NCBI GenBank assembly: GCA_001780985.1
Contig: MFJV01000001.1
Location: 37,466 to 101,465, forward strand
Direction of reading: 5' to 3'
DNA from: Candidatus Gottesmanbacteria bacterium RIFCSPLOWO2_01_FULL_43_11b
Lineage (GTDB): Bacteria > Patescibacteriota > Microgenomatia > UBA10105 > UBA927
DNA length: 64,000 bases
Positions 34,382 through 42,761 of the stretch are shown here, in pieces; the stretch's first letter is position 1; each line of letters opens with the position of its first letter. The position numbers and the translations under genes were made by a program. Below the pieces are notes generated by a model, which did not search any database, was not told the origin of the DNA, and was given only the letters and a program-made list of their open reading frames with translations.

Positions 34382-36280
34382 ATGAATATTTTGGTTCCTG
34401 ATTCATGGCTTCGTGAATACCTTAAAACGAAAGCTACTCCTTCTCAAATAAAAGAGTATCTGTCGCTTTGCGGTCCTTCTGTTGAAAGGATTACTAAAGA
34501 CAGGGTCTATGAAATTGAAATCACGTCAAATAGACCGGATAGCATGTCAATTTTTGGTGTTGCGAGAGAGGCAGCCGCGATATTACCCCGCTTCGGAATT
34601 CCGGCCAAATTAGCCCTACAAGGAGTCTCCTTGAAGGGCAAGGAGAGTCACCAACGGAAACTTAAACTTACGGTAAAGACTGATTCAAAACTCAATCCCC
34701 GCTGGACATCGGTTGTGTTCGATGATGTCAATGTCGGGGTATCTCCGAAATGGCTTTCAGAGTGGTTGGAACTCTCAGGTATCAGGTCAATAAATAATGT
34801 CATTGATGTAACAAACTTTCTCATGCGCGCGTTCGGCCAGCCGGCTCATGTCTTTGACTATGATACAATCTCCGGTCACAGTATGAAACTTCGTGCTTCC
34901 AAAAAAAGAGAAAAGATTACAACGCTTGATGGAAAAACACATACGTTACCCGGCGACGACATTGTGATTGAAGATGGGTCGGGAAAACTAATTGATCTAT
35001 GCGGAATTATGGGGGGAAAGAATTCTTCTGTAACGGATAAAACTACCCGCGTCATCCTGTTTTTACAAACCTATGATCCGTCCCACATTCGGAAAACATC
35101 AATGATGGTATCACACCGTACTGAAGCTGCAAGTCTTTTTGAAAAAGGACTTGATACTGAATCTATTATGCCGGTCTTTCTCAAAGGCGTTTCCATGATG
35201 CAGGAGTTGACTGGTGGAAAAATTGCAAGCGCAGTTACTGATATGTATCCGTCACCGTACAAATCTAACATCGTTTCAGTAAACCTATCAAAAATAGTTT
35301 CATACATCGGTGATATAACAGAGGCAGAAATCAAAAAAATTCTTGAACCGTTAGGATTTACGGTAAAAAAGGATTTGCATGTTGTTGTACCTAGTTTTCG
35401 TCGTGATGTCACTCTCGATGTCGATATTATTGAAGAAATTGCCAGAATTTACGGTTATCACAACATTACATCAACTCTTCCTAAAGGAGAACTCCCAATG
35501 ACAATACAAAATCCGATGTTATTTTGGGAGGAAGAAACAAAAATTCGATTACGTGACTGGGGATACACTGAACTTTTAACATATTCCATGATTTCAGAAG
35601 AACAAATGGATACTTTTGTATTAGATAAATCTAAAGCATATAAAATATCAAATCCTTTATCCAATGAATGGCTCTATATGCGACCGAGTCTTCTTCCTTC
35701 AGTACTTTCCGCGGTCAAACAAAATTTGAATATCCGTGAAGACTTAAAGTTATTTGAATTATCGTTTGTTTATGAGCTCAGACAAAACGATTTACCTCTC
35801 GAAAAACCAATGCTCATCGTTGTCTGGACAGGGAAAAAATATCCGGAAGCAAAAGGATTAGCGGAGGCGCTTTTCGATGTATTTGGTATTCCGTTTCCGG
35901 AAGCCATCAAGGAGTATGGATCAATTGAAATACTAGCTGGTGAAATAACGGTATTATATTTGGATTTTTCCCGGCTTGTTGCAAATGCTAAGCCAATAAA
36001 AACCTACAAACCCATTCCCAAATATCCGCCCATTGTTGAAGACCTTGCATTTGTTGTACCGGAACAATTCGAAGTCGGTCCGCTTATTGCGCTACTCAAA
36101 AAAGCTCACCCACTCGTTTTTCATGTCAGCCTCCTCGACGTCCATGGAAGTATGCGAACCTTCCATATTGAATATCAGAATTCGAAGAAGAATTTAACAA
36201 ACGAATATGTTACCCCAATCCGTGAAAAACTGATTCGTCTGGCCGAAGAAAAATTTGGTGTAACAATTAAAAACCCCTAG
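34382..36280 (+). CDS. pheT: Phenylalanyl-tRNA synthetase beta subunit (compact, about 632 aa) with a 6-aa REP-derived insertion near the C-terminus
   Basis: Begins MNILVPDSWLREYL. B3/4 and B5 regions recognisable. GSMRTF at the C-terminal domain is encoded by REP-like copy i. Confidence 0.8.
   Translation: MNILVPDSWLREYLKTKATPSQIKEYLSLCGPSVERITKDRVYEIEITSNRPDSMSIFGVAREAAAILPRFGIPAKLALQGVSLKGKESHQRKLKLTVKTDSKLNPRWTSVVFDDVNVGVSPKWLSEWLELSGIRSINNVIDVTNFLMRAFGQPAHVFDYDTISGHSMKLRASKKREKITTLDGKTHTLPGDDIVIEDGSGKLIDLCGIMGGKNSSVTDKTTRVILFLQTYDPSHIRKTSMMVSHRTEAASLFEKGLDTESIMPVFLKGVSMMQELTGGKIASAVTDMYPSPYKSNIVSVNLSKIVSYIGDITEAEIKKILEPLGFTVKKDLHVVVPSFRRDVTLDVDIIEEIARIYGYHNITSTLPKGELPMTIQNPMLFWEEETKIRLRDWGYTELLTYSMISEEQMDTFVLDKSKAYKISNPLSNEWLYMRPSLLPSVLSAVKQNLNIREDLKLFELSFVYELRQNDLPLEKPMLIVVWTGKKYPEAKGLAEALFDVFGIPFPEAIKEYGSIEILAGEITVLYLDFSRLVANAKPIKTYKPIPKYPPIVEDLAFVVPEQFEVGPLIALLKKAHPLVFHVSLLDVHGSMRTFHIEYQNSKKNLTNEYVTPIREKLIRLAEEKFGVTIKNP
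36146..36164 (-). repeat. REP-like palindromic element, copy i (reverse orientation) inside pheT
   Basis: GGAAGTATGCGAACCTTCC; 18 nt in-frame, giving GSMRTF. Confidence 0.8.
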
Positions 36281-36289
36281 CCCGTACGT

Positions 36290-37483
36290 ATGAAGAAAAC
36301 CATTGTTGTTGGTGTAACCGGAGGGATTGCGGCGTATAAGATGGTTGAGCTTGTCGAAAAATTGAAAACACAGGGAAATCGGACGGTTGTGGTCATGACA
36401 CCGAGTGCGATGAAGATTACATCCTCCAAAGATTTTGAAAAAGCATCCGGAGAAAAAGTCATCAGTGAATTATTTCAAAAAAACTTTGATTACAGAAAAA
36501 TACTGAAAGCGCGAAAAGTCGAACATATTAGTTTGGTACAATCAGCCAATCTTATTGTTATCGCTCCGGCAACAGCAAATATCATTGCAAAACTTGCGCA
36601 GGGAATTGCAGATGATTATCTAACCACAAGTATACTTGCTGCAACATGTCCTATTATCATTTGTCCTTCGATGAACGTGTATATGTGGCATCATCCTGCA
36701 ACGCAAAAAAATATTTCAATTCTTAAATCTTTCGGTTACCACATTATTGATCCTGATTCGGGAATGCTTGCATGCGGCTATGAAGGGCAGGGAAGGCTCG
36801 CAGCAATCGAAACGATTTTGCAGCAAATTAACAATTTAACAAAATTAACGAAACAACTTCAAGGGAAAAGGATAGTAGTTACCGCCGGCGGAACCAGGGA
36901 ACCGATTGATGATGTCCGCTTTATTACGAATAAAAGTTCAGGCAAAATGGGAGCTGCAATTGCCGAAAGCGCGTATTTGCGGGGAGCTGATGTATTGCTT
37001 CTTCGTGCAAAAACGTCTGTTAAACCGCGACTGGATATAAAGGAAAAACTTTTTGAAACTGCGGATGATTTAGAAAAATTATTATTAAAAGAAATTCGTG
37101 ACTACGATATTTGTATCCACACTGCCGCTGTGTCGGATTTTTCTATAAAGAATATTAAAGGAAAGTTATCGAGTGATGAAAAACATACGGTTATTTTAGA
37201 ACCGCGTCAAAAAATTCTTGATCAAATAAAAAGAGTAAACCCAAAAATATTTCTTGTCGCTTTTAAAGCTGAAGTCGGATTATCGGATAAACAACTCCTT
37301 GAAAAAGCGAGAAAAATTCAAGCAAACATGATTGTTGCTAATCACGTAGGCAGATCTGACCGGGGTTTCGAATCCGATAACAATGAAGTGTTTATCCTTG
37401 GTAAAACCATCCGTCATGTTCTGCTCTCCCCAAAATCTGTCGTTTCCGAAATAATACTCGATGAAATCGTTCGCGCCTGCTAA
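36290..37483 (+). CDS. coaBC: Bifunctional phosphopantothenoylcysteine decarboxylase / phosphopantothenate-cysteine ligase
   Basis: N-terminal flavoprotein domain (VGVTGGIAAYK, PAMN-like) and C-terminal CoaB domain. Confidence 0.85.
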   Translation: MKKTIVVGVTGGIAAYKMVELVEKLKTQGNRTVVVMTPSAMKITSSKDFEKASGEKVISELFQKNFDYRKILKARKVEHISLVQSANLIVIAPATANIIAKLAQGIADDYLTTSILAATCPIIICPSMNVYMWHHPATQKNISILKSFGYHIIDPDSGMLACGYEGQGRLAAIETILQQINNLTKLTKQLQGKRIVVTAGGTREPIDDVRFITNKSSGKMGAAIAESAYLRGADVLLLRAKTSVKPRLDIKEKLFETADDLEKLLLKEIRDYDICIHTAAVSDFSIKNIKGKLSSDEKHTVILEPRQKILDQIKRVNPKIFLVAFKAEVGLSDKQLLEKARKIQANMIVANHVGRSDRGFESDNNEVFILGKTIRHVLLSPKSVVSEIILDEIVRAC

Positions 37484-38207
37484 TATCAGTCTCATTTTCA
37501 AAGCACTCAAACGCGGATCTCTTGGGGTGGGATTTACCGTGGATAAAGGGGTAACTGCCGAAGTTTATCCGTCAAAAAAAACAAAGATATTTTTTAATGG
37601 TAAAAGAATACTTTTTCCAACTGTTGAAGCAATCCTCACAAAACCAACAAAAGTATTGTTGAAATCTGATTTGCCTCTGGGAGCAGGATTTGGGTTAAGC
37701 GGGGCTTCTGCATTTGCTACAGCTCTTGCGACTCGCAATAAAACAAAACTCGAATGCGCAAAAATTGCACACCGGGCAGAAGTAAAAAATAAAACCGGAT
37801 TAGGCGACGTCGTGAACCAATATTACGGAGGATTCTTAGTAAAACGGGTTTCAAGTGCAAAGTTTCAAGTGCAGAGAATTCCAATCAAGAATATTCCCCT
37901 GTACTGTATTTCTTACGGAAAACTTCTTACGTCTTCTATATTGCAAAACGAAAAACTCATCAAACGAATAAACATTGCTGCAGACAGTGCACTTGAAAAA
38001 ATTAATCGAAAAATGAAGCTTGCTGAAATTCTTACTGTTGCAAAAAAATTTGCGATCGAAAGCGGACTATTAACGTCGAAAAGAGTAATACATTTAATTG
38101 AGAACGTTGAAAACCGAGGCGGACATGCATCGATGATAATGTTAGGAGAAGGAGTCGTCAGTGATATTCCGTTTGAAGGAGCGATAAAACTTATGGTGTC
38201 GGGGTAG
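37461..38207 (+). CDS. GHMP-family small-molecule kinase, translationally coupled to coaBC (candidate pantoate/pantothenate-pathway kinase)
   Basis: PLGAGFGLSGASAFATALA matches the GHMP ATP-binding motif. 23-nt overlap with the coaBC end. Confidence 0.5.
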   Translation: MKSFAPANISLIFKALKRGSLGVGFTVDKGVTAEVYPSKKTKIFFNGKRILFPTVEAILTKPTKVLLKSDLPLGAGFGLSGASAFATALATRNKTKLECAKIAHRAEVKNKTGLGDVVNQYYGGFLVKRVSSAKFQVQRIPIKNIPLYCISYGKLLTSSILQNEKLIKRINIAADSALEKINRKMKLAEILTVAKKFAIESGLLTSKRVIHLIENVENRGGHASMIMLGEGVVSDIPFEGAIKLMVSG

Positions 38208-40758
38208 GGGTGGGGGTACTGTAGGGTTGGTTGACACCTATACGAACTTGGGTTTCGGCGCTTCTTCCGGAATTATCATACGCTTTTGCTTTAATCGTGT
38301 GATTGCCGTTGCTCATTGAAATCGTTTCCGTGATTTTATTGGATGACCTGTCCTTGACAAGGCTTCCGTCAAGGTAAAGTTCAATTTTTGTAATATCACT
38401 GTTGCTTCCTGCCTCAGCTACGACTTTCACATTATTATCATTGACCTGCGACGTATCTCCGGGTTCTTTAATGGAAACCACAATATCTTCTGCACCGGAG
38501 GCAACTTCTGTTGGGGGATGGAACTTGCTATCTGATTGACTGGCTACCCAGGCATCAATTGCTTCCTGCCATCTGTTTTTTCCGTCAGTTGAAACCGGAT
38601 CATCTTCTTTAAATACAACAAATGATTTTGCATCATATTCACCTTTTGCAATATCAACGCTGCTTGCAAGTTTATTGCTGTCTTTCCTTGAAATTTTAAG
38701 CTGCTGGTAAATATATGCAGGTCCGGTTGGTTCTGTTCCCCGAATAAATAGCTCTTTTCTCGTCGCACTTCCCTCAAATGGTAATCCTCCGCCATAGGCG
38801 TCTACGTCTATTTCAACAATTGAATCCGGTCGTCGAAATTGTTCATCGGGAATATCTTTAATCACTTCCCGCATGATACGGTTCCAAATGGGAGCCGCAC
38901 CGGTAACTCCGGATGCTAACGACGGATGCATGGGAGAATTGTCGTTATTTCCAACCCATGTTCCGACCACTCGTGTCGTGGTGTATCCAATTGTCCAGTT
39001 GTCGCGTTTATCATCTGTGGTTCCGGTTTTGACGGCAACGGTACTCCCGGGAATATAGAGATACGAGCGAAGCCCGAATATTTCCTTACGTGCTTCATTA
39101 TCCGAGAGAATATGGGAAATAAGATACGCAACATCTTCTTCCAAAACCCGTCTTCCGGCTATGGGTTTGTGTTCATATAAAACTTTTCCCTTCTGATCAA
39201 CGACTTTGAGGACCGATACAGGATCCATGCGATTCCCGCCGGTTGCAAGTACTCCGAAAGCTGTTGCCATGTCAATGAGCCGAATCTCACCACCGCCTAA
39301 TGTTAGGGATAATCCTATTCGCCGAATATTAGCATCGGTCGGTTCCAATGTAGTCAGCCCCATATCAAATGCTGTTCGAAGCACATCTTTGACTCCGACA
39401 AGCGCACTCACTTTAACGGCAATTGTGTTAATTGAGTTTGCCAGAGCAAAACGGAGTTGTATTGGTCCGCGGAATTTACTATCGTAGTTTTTTGGATTAT
39501 ATTCCGGCTTTACCGGATCACCGGAGGGATATTTCGTATCAACGTCTAAAAGAAGCATTGAGGGGGTATATCCTTTTTTAAATGCAGCAGCATAGGTTAT
39601 TGGTTTAATTGAACTTCCCGGCTGCCTCAATCCTTGGGTAACCACATTAAACATGAGTCCACCGCTATCGGTTGCCACGTAATCTTTACTTCCTACCATT
39701 GCCAAAATTTCACCGCTTGTTGCGTCTGTGACAATTGCAGCACCGTTACTTACCTTCAGTCCTTTGGCTTTATTAACTTCTTCTTTAACAATAGTTTGGG
39801 CTTTTTCCTGAATTTTCCAGTCAAGAGTTGTCGTGACAATGAGTCCTCCTGAATCAACTGCCTTTGATCCTAATTTTTCAACGAGTTGGTCGCGGACATA
39901 GGCGACAAAATGAGGCGCACGTAGCCCCACATCACCTTGAGTAAATTGAACTTTTTCAAGCTCTTCTCTTATTTGTGTTTCTTGAGTAGCTGAAATATAG
40001 CCATCCTCACGCATCCGTCGAAGAACTGCTTGGCCGCGGTTTACATATGCTTTATCTTCACCGGTAAAAGGGGAATAGCGTGATGGCGCTTGAGGAAGTC
40101 CGGCTAAAATAACAGACTCAACTAACGTAAGATCATGTACTGGTTTTGCAAAATAGTATTCAGATGCCGCAACGACTCCGACAGCGGTTCCGCCGTAGGG
40201 CGCTTCGTTGAGATACATTTGCAAAATTTCATCTTTGCTGTATTTTCGTTCAATTTGAATCGAAAGAATTGCTTCTTTAATTTTTCTGGGCAGCGTACGT
40301 TCCTGGGTAAGGAGCGCGTTTTTCACCAATTGCTGGGTTAGCGTTGATCCTCCCTGACAGCGCCTGGTTAATACACAGGAAACTAGTCCTCTGACAATTC
40401 CTGCTGTCGATAGCCCCTGATGTTCGTAAAAACCTTTATCTTCTATTGCAACGGTTGCGTCTTTAAGGTGTTGGGGGATATCTTCTGCTTTAACTGGGAT
40501 TCTATTTTCGTTTTCAAAAATATCGTAGAGTTTTTCGCCGTTTCGATCGAGGATTTCCGTTGACAGTCCTTCAACGCGTCGTACTTTATCAGGGCGGGGG
40601 AGGTCTTTAGCGTACCAGGCAAACATGATGCCGGTCATAAGTGTTAAACCTACAATTGCAAGAAATCCTACTGTTGCAACACTGGACCAAAATTTAAGCC
40701 GTGCACTCCTCGTTCCGAACATCCTCTTCCTCTGCCGCTCCATAAAGTAATCGTACAT
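38191..40758 (-). CDS. Class A penicillin-binding protein (glycosyltransferase plus transpeptidase) with C-terminal Ig-like and Pro/Thr-rich extensions
   Basis: N-terminal TM. GT51 motifs (EDKGFYEHQG, RQGGSTLTQQ). Transpeptidase SSIKP, SxN and KTGT. C-terminal PYSTPTPTPTP. Confidence 0.85.
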   Translation of the reverse strand: MYDYFMERQRKRMFGTRSARLKFWSSVATVGFLAIVGLTLMTGIMFAWYAKDLPRPDKVRRVEGLSTEILDRNGEKLYDIFENENRIPVKAEDIPQHLKDATVAIEDKGFYEHQGLSTAGIVRGLVSCVLTRRCQGGSTLTQQLVKNALLTQERTLPRKIKEAILSIQIERKYSKDEILQMYLNEAPYGGTAVGVVAASEYYFAKPVHDLTLVESVILAGLPQAPSRYSPFTGEDKAYVNRGQAVLRRMREDGYISATQETQIREELEKVQFTQGDVGLRAPHFVAYVRDQLVEKLGSKAVDSGGLIVTTTLDWKIQEKAQTIVKEEVNKAKGLKVSNGAAIVTDATSGEILAMVGSKDYVATDSGGLMFNVVTQGLRQPGSSIKPITYAAAFKKGYTPSMLLLDVDTKYPSGDPVKPEYNPKNYDSKFRGPIQLRFALANSINTIAVKVSALVGVKDVLRTAFDMGLTTLEPTDANIRRIGLSLTLGGGEIRLIDMATAFGVLATGGNRMDPVSVLKVVDQKGKVLYEHKPIAGRRVLEEDVAYLISHILSDNEARKEIFGLRSYLYIPGSTVAVKTGTTDDKRDNWTIGYTTTRVVGTWVGNNDNSPMHPSLASGVTGAAPIWNRIMREVIKDIPDEQFRRPDSIVEIDVDAYGGGLPFEGSATRKELFIRGTEPTGPAYIYQQLKISRKDSNKLASSVDIAKGEYDAKSFVVFKEDDPVSTDGKNRWQEAIDAWVASQSDSKFHPPTEVASGAEDIVVSIKEPGDTSQVNDNNVKVVAEAGSNSDITKIELYLDGSLVKDRSSNKITETISMSNGNHTIKAKAYDNSGRSAETQVRIGVNQPYSTPTPTPTP

Positions 40759-40779
40759 AGGTACTATTCTACTTGATAC

Positions 40780-40808
40780 TTGAAAAAAATGACAAATTGT
40801 GGTATAGT
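40780..40808 (+). promoter_or_regulatory. Sigma70-type promoter (TTGAAA-17-TATAGT) driving the T-box-like leader
   Basis: Consensus-like hexamers with 17-bp spacing. Confidence 0.5.
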
Positions 40809-40814
40809 AGATTC

Positions 40815-41131
40815 ACAATTGAATAGGAAAAGCGTTGAAAGAGACTCTAGTAGATGGCTTATTGAGACATAAGAGAGAAGACGGTTGTTGCAAGATCTTC
40901 CGTTAATAAGCAATCGAATTACCCTCTGGAGCTGAGTAAAATCCGGGTAAGCCCGTAAGCGCTGAAAGCGAATGTTGCCAAAGCAAAGTTCGCAAATGAG
41001 GCTAAGGTAGAACCGACCTCTGGTCGGTTTTTTAGTGCTTTAGCAGTGCAAGGTGGTACCGCCTATTTTGAAGGCCCTTGTAAATTTCTAATCCGTTAGC
41101 TGACGGATTGGGGATTTGCAAGGGCTTTTTT
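40815..41131 (+). promoter_or_regulatory. T-box-riboswitch-like leader ending in an intrinsic terminator
   Basis: AGGTGGTACCGCC (41051-41063) closely matches the T-box AGGGUGGNACCGCG. A terminator follows (GAAGGCCCTTG...CAAGGGC + T6, 41070-41131), whose 3' arm could alternatively pair with the CAAGG of the T-box. About 230 nt of structured RNA precedes it. Confidence 0.45.
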
Positions 41132-41134
41132 ATT

Positions 41135-41204
41135 GCTGGGGTATTGGAACCGCTGGCGGAGTTTATCCCGCACCGCGGGAGAGGTTCGAATCCTCCCCTC
41201 AGCA
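41135..41204 (+). other. tRNA-like element (7-bp acceptor stem plus canonical T-arm) without a normal D/anticodon region
   Basis: GCTGGGG ... AGAGG-TTCGAAT-CCTCC-CCTCAGC-A. Acceptor pairs 1-7/66-72 include one G-U. The internal 38 nt form only two short hairpins (CCGC-TG-GCGG and CCCGC-ACC-GCGGG). Confidence 0.35.
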
Positions 41205-41226
41205 CTTATGAAAGGAGGTGAAAAGT

Positions 41227-41619
41227 ATGCCAAAAGAATTATTGTCGTCTGATTTAGTAGGATTACCCAAAAACTTTGGGAACGATCGTGAGACCGCTCT
41301 CCGAGCGATGGCCATTGATTTAAATATTGAACAGTCTCTGCTCGAACCGTTTTCGCGAACCGACCACAACATAATATTCTGGTTACTAAAAGATGATCAT
41401 ATGGAAGCGATAGGTCAGTTTATTAAAGACCCTGAAACTTTCCGCAGTGAACATCAAAAACTATTTTCAGTTGCCGAAGAACACTTACACTGGCAAGACA
41501 TATGGGTAACCGGAAATTGGTTTTGGGCGTCAACCAGAGATTTGGATCGTGCAACAAAGGATTTACAGGCTGAGTTAGACAAATTAAATCAGCCAAAGGT
41601 CGATAATCGGCCACAATGA
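41227..41619 (+). CDS. Hypothetical protein
   Basis: Strong extended SD AAAGGAGGTGAAAAGT before the ATG. No recognised domain. Confidence 0.45.
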   Translation: MPKELLSSDLVGLPKNFGNDRETALRAMAIDLNIEQSLLEPFSRTDHNIIFWLLKDDHMEAIGQFIKDPETFRSEHQKLFSVAEEHLHWQDIWVTGNWFWASTRDLDRATKDLQAELDKLNQPKVDNRPQ

Positions 41620-41647
41620 ACAACATTTTAAAAGGAGGTGAAAATAT

Positions 41648-41896
41648 ATGCGTACATGTGAACATCTTGACAACGGAATGTGTCAAGGTATGAAAATTTT
41701 AAAAAATGAAAAGGGAGTCTCGTTGGCAATCAAACATTTACCTAAATTTGCAATGGCGCTTGGCGTAGATGGTGAAAATGGAAAATTTACTTGGATTGCT
41801 CAGTGCGTTGTGGCAAACGAACCTGCCAACCAAAGACATTGTTCCGATTTTAAATTTCATGAAATTTTTCACTCGGATATTGGTAAATTGTATTGA
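41648..41896 (+). CDS. Hypothetical small Cys-containing protein
   Basis: Same extended SD AAAGGAGGTGAAAATAT. 82 aa. Confidence 0.45.
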   Translation: MRTCEHLDNGMCQGMKILKNEKGVSLAIKHLPKFAMALGVDGENGKFTWIAQCVVANEPANQRHCSDFKFHEIFHSDIGKLY

Positions 41897-42016
41897 TAAA
41901 TGCCCAAACGGAGACAGGTAACCACCTTCGGCTGGGCACAAGAAATTTTTTTGTGATATACTAACGGCCTATGACAGTCCGAATACAATATTGGTACCAA
42001 TTCACTTATTCCCAAA

Positions 42017-42084
42017 CCGGGAGGGTTGGTACTGCATAAAATACTTATTTTTTAACCAACATAACTCCCGAAAGGGAGTTTTTT
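42017..42084 (+). promoter_or_regulatory. T-box-like antiterminator/terminator attenuator upstream of the racemase-tyrS operon
   Basis: GGGAGGGTTGGTACTGC approximates the T-box AGGGTGGTACCGC. GGGAGGGTTGGT can pair with ACCAACATAACTCCC. That pairing competes with the terminator CTCCC-GAAA-GGGAG + T7 (42063-42084), which ends 12 nt before the racemase ATG. Confidence 0.4.
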
Positions 42085-42096
42085 TGTGGAAATCAT

Positions 42097-42747
42097 ATGA
42101 AAACAGTAGGCATTATCGGAGGATTCGGGCCGGAAGCTACAGCACAGTTTTACATGGGGCTGACGGCTAAAACACGAACGAACATACTTGTTCGTCATGT
42201 TTTCGTGCCCAGAAAACTGGAACACGATGCCCTTATCTCGGGAAATAACTTAGATGCGTTTAAACCACTTCTTGTTTCTGCAGCAATGGAGTTGGAAAAA
42301 AACGGCGCAGATATTATTGTGCTTCCGTGTAATACGCTTCATATTCATGAAGATGCTATCCGCTCGGCTCTTGGTATACCGTTTATCAGCATTATCGAAG
42401 AAACTGCGCGGTTTCTTCACAAACAAAATATCTCAAAAATCGGATTTCTTGGAACACGTGTTACTATTCGAGAAAATTTATTCAAAAAAAGAGCAAACGG
42501 CACCACATTTATTACGATTCCTTCTTCAGTACAACGACGTATTGATTTTGGACTTGACCAGTTTGTCGGAGAACAAAAAGATAAAAATTTAAAATCTGCT
42601 CTCCATGAATCTTTCCGGTTTTTCCGTAACAAAAACGTTCAGGATGTGCTTCTGGCATGCACGGATTTTCATGGTCTTTGTCCCAATGGTGTGCGGATTC
42701 ACGATACACTCGATATACTGGTTCGTGCGACAATAGATATGATATAG
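42097..42747 (+). CDS. Asp/Glu/hydantoin racemase family protein (aspartate-racemase-like)
   Basis: GIIGGFGPEATAQFY, VLPCNTLH and LACTDFH match the two-Cys racemase family signature. Confidence 0.65.
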   Translation: MKTVGIIGGFGPEATAQFYMGLTAKTRTNILVRHVFVPRKLEHDALISGNNLDAFKPLLVSAAMELEKNGADIIVLPCNTLHIHEDAIRSALGIPFISIIEETARFLHKQNISKIGFLGTRVTIRENLFKKRANGTTFITIPSSVQRRIDFGLDQFVGEQKDKNLKSALHESFRFFRNKNVQDVLLACTDFHGLCPNGVRIHDTLDILVRATIDMI

Positions 42748-42761
42748 TTAAGGAGAAAACT

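Noticed and set aside
40811-41204. tmRNA (ssrA) hypothesis, because of the promoter, a roughly 400-nt structured RNA and a tRNA-like 3' end
   Set aside because: No plausible tag reading frame ending in hydrophobic residues plus a stop was found. The 5' partner of the acceptor stem lies only 70 nt upstream, not at the 5' end. The T-box core AGGUGGUACCGCC plus a terminator explains most of the region. Left as an open finding rather than an annotated tmRNA.
42254-42592. 112-aa ORF in an alternate frame within the racemase gene; similar internal ORFs in tyrS, thrS and the PBP gene
   Set aside because: They are embedded in well-supported genes with clear family motifs. No independent support.
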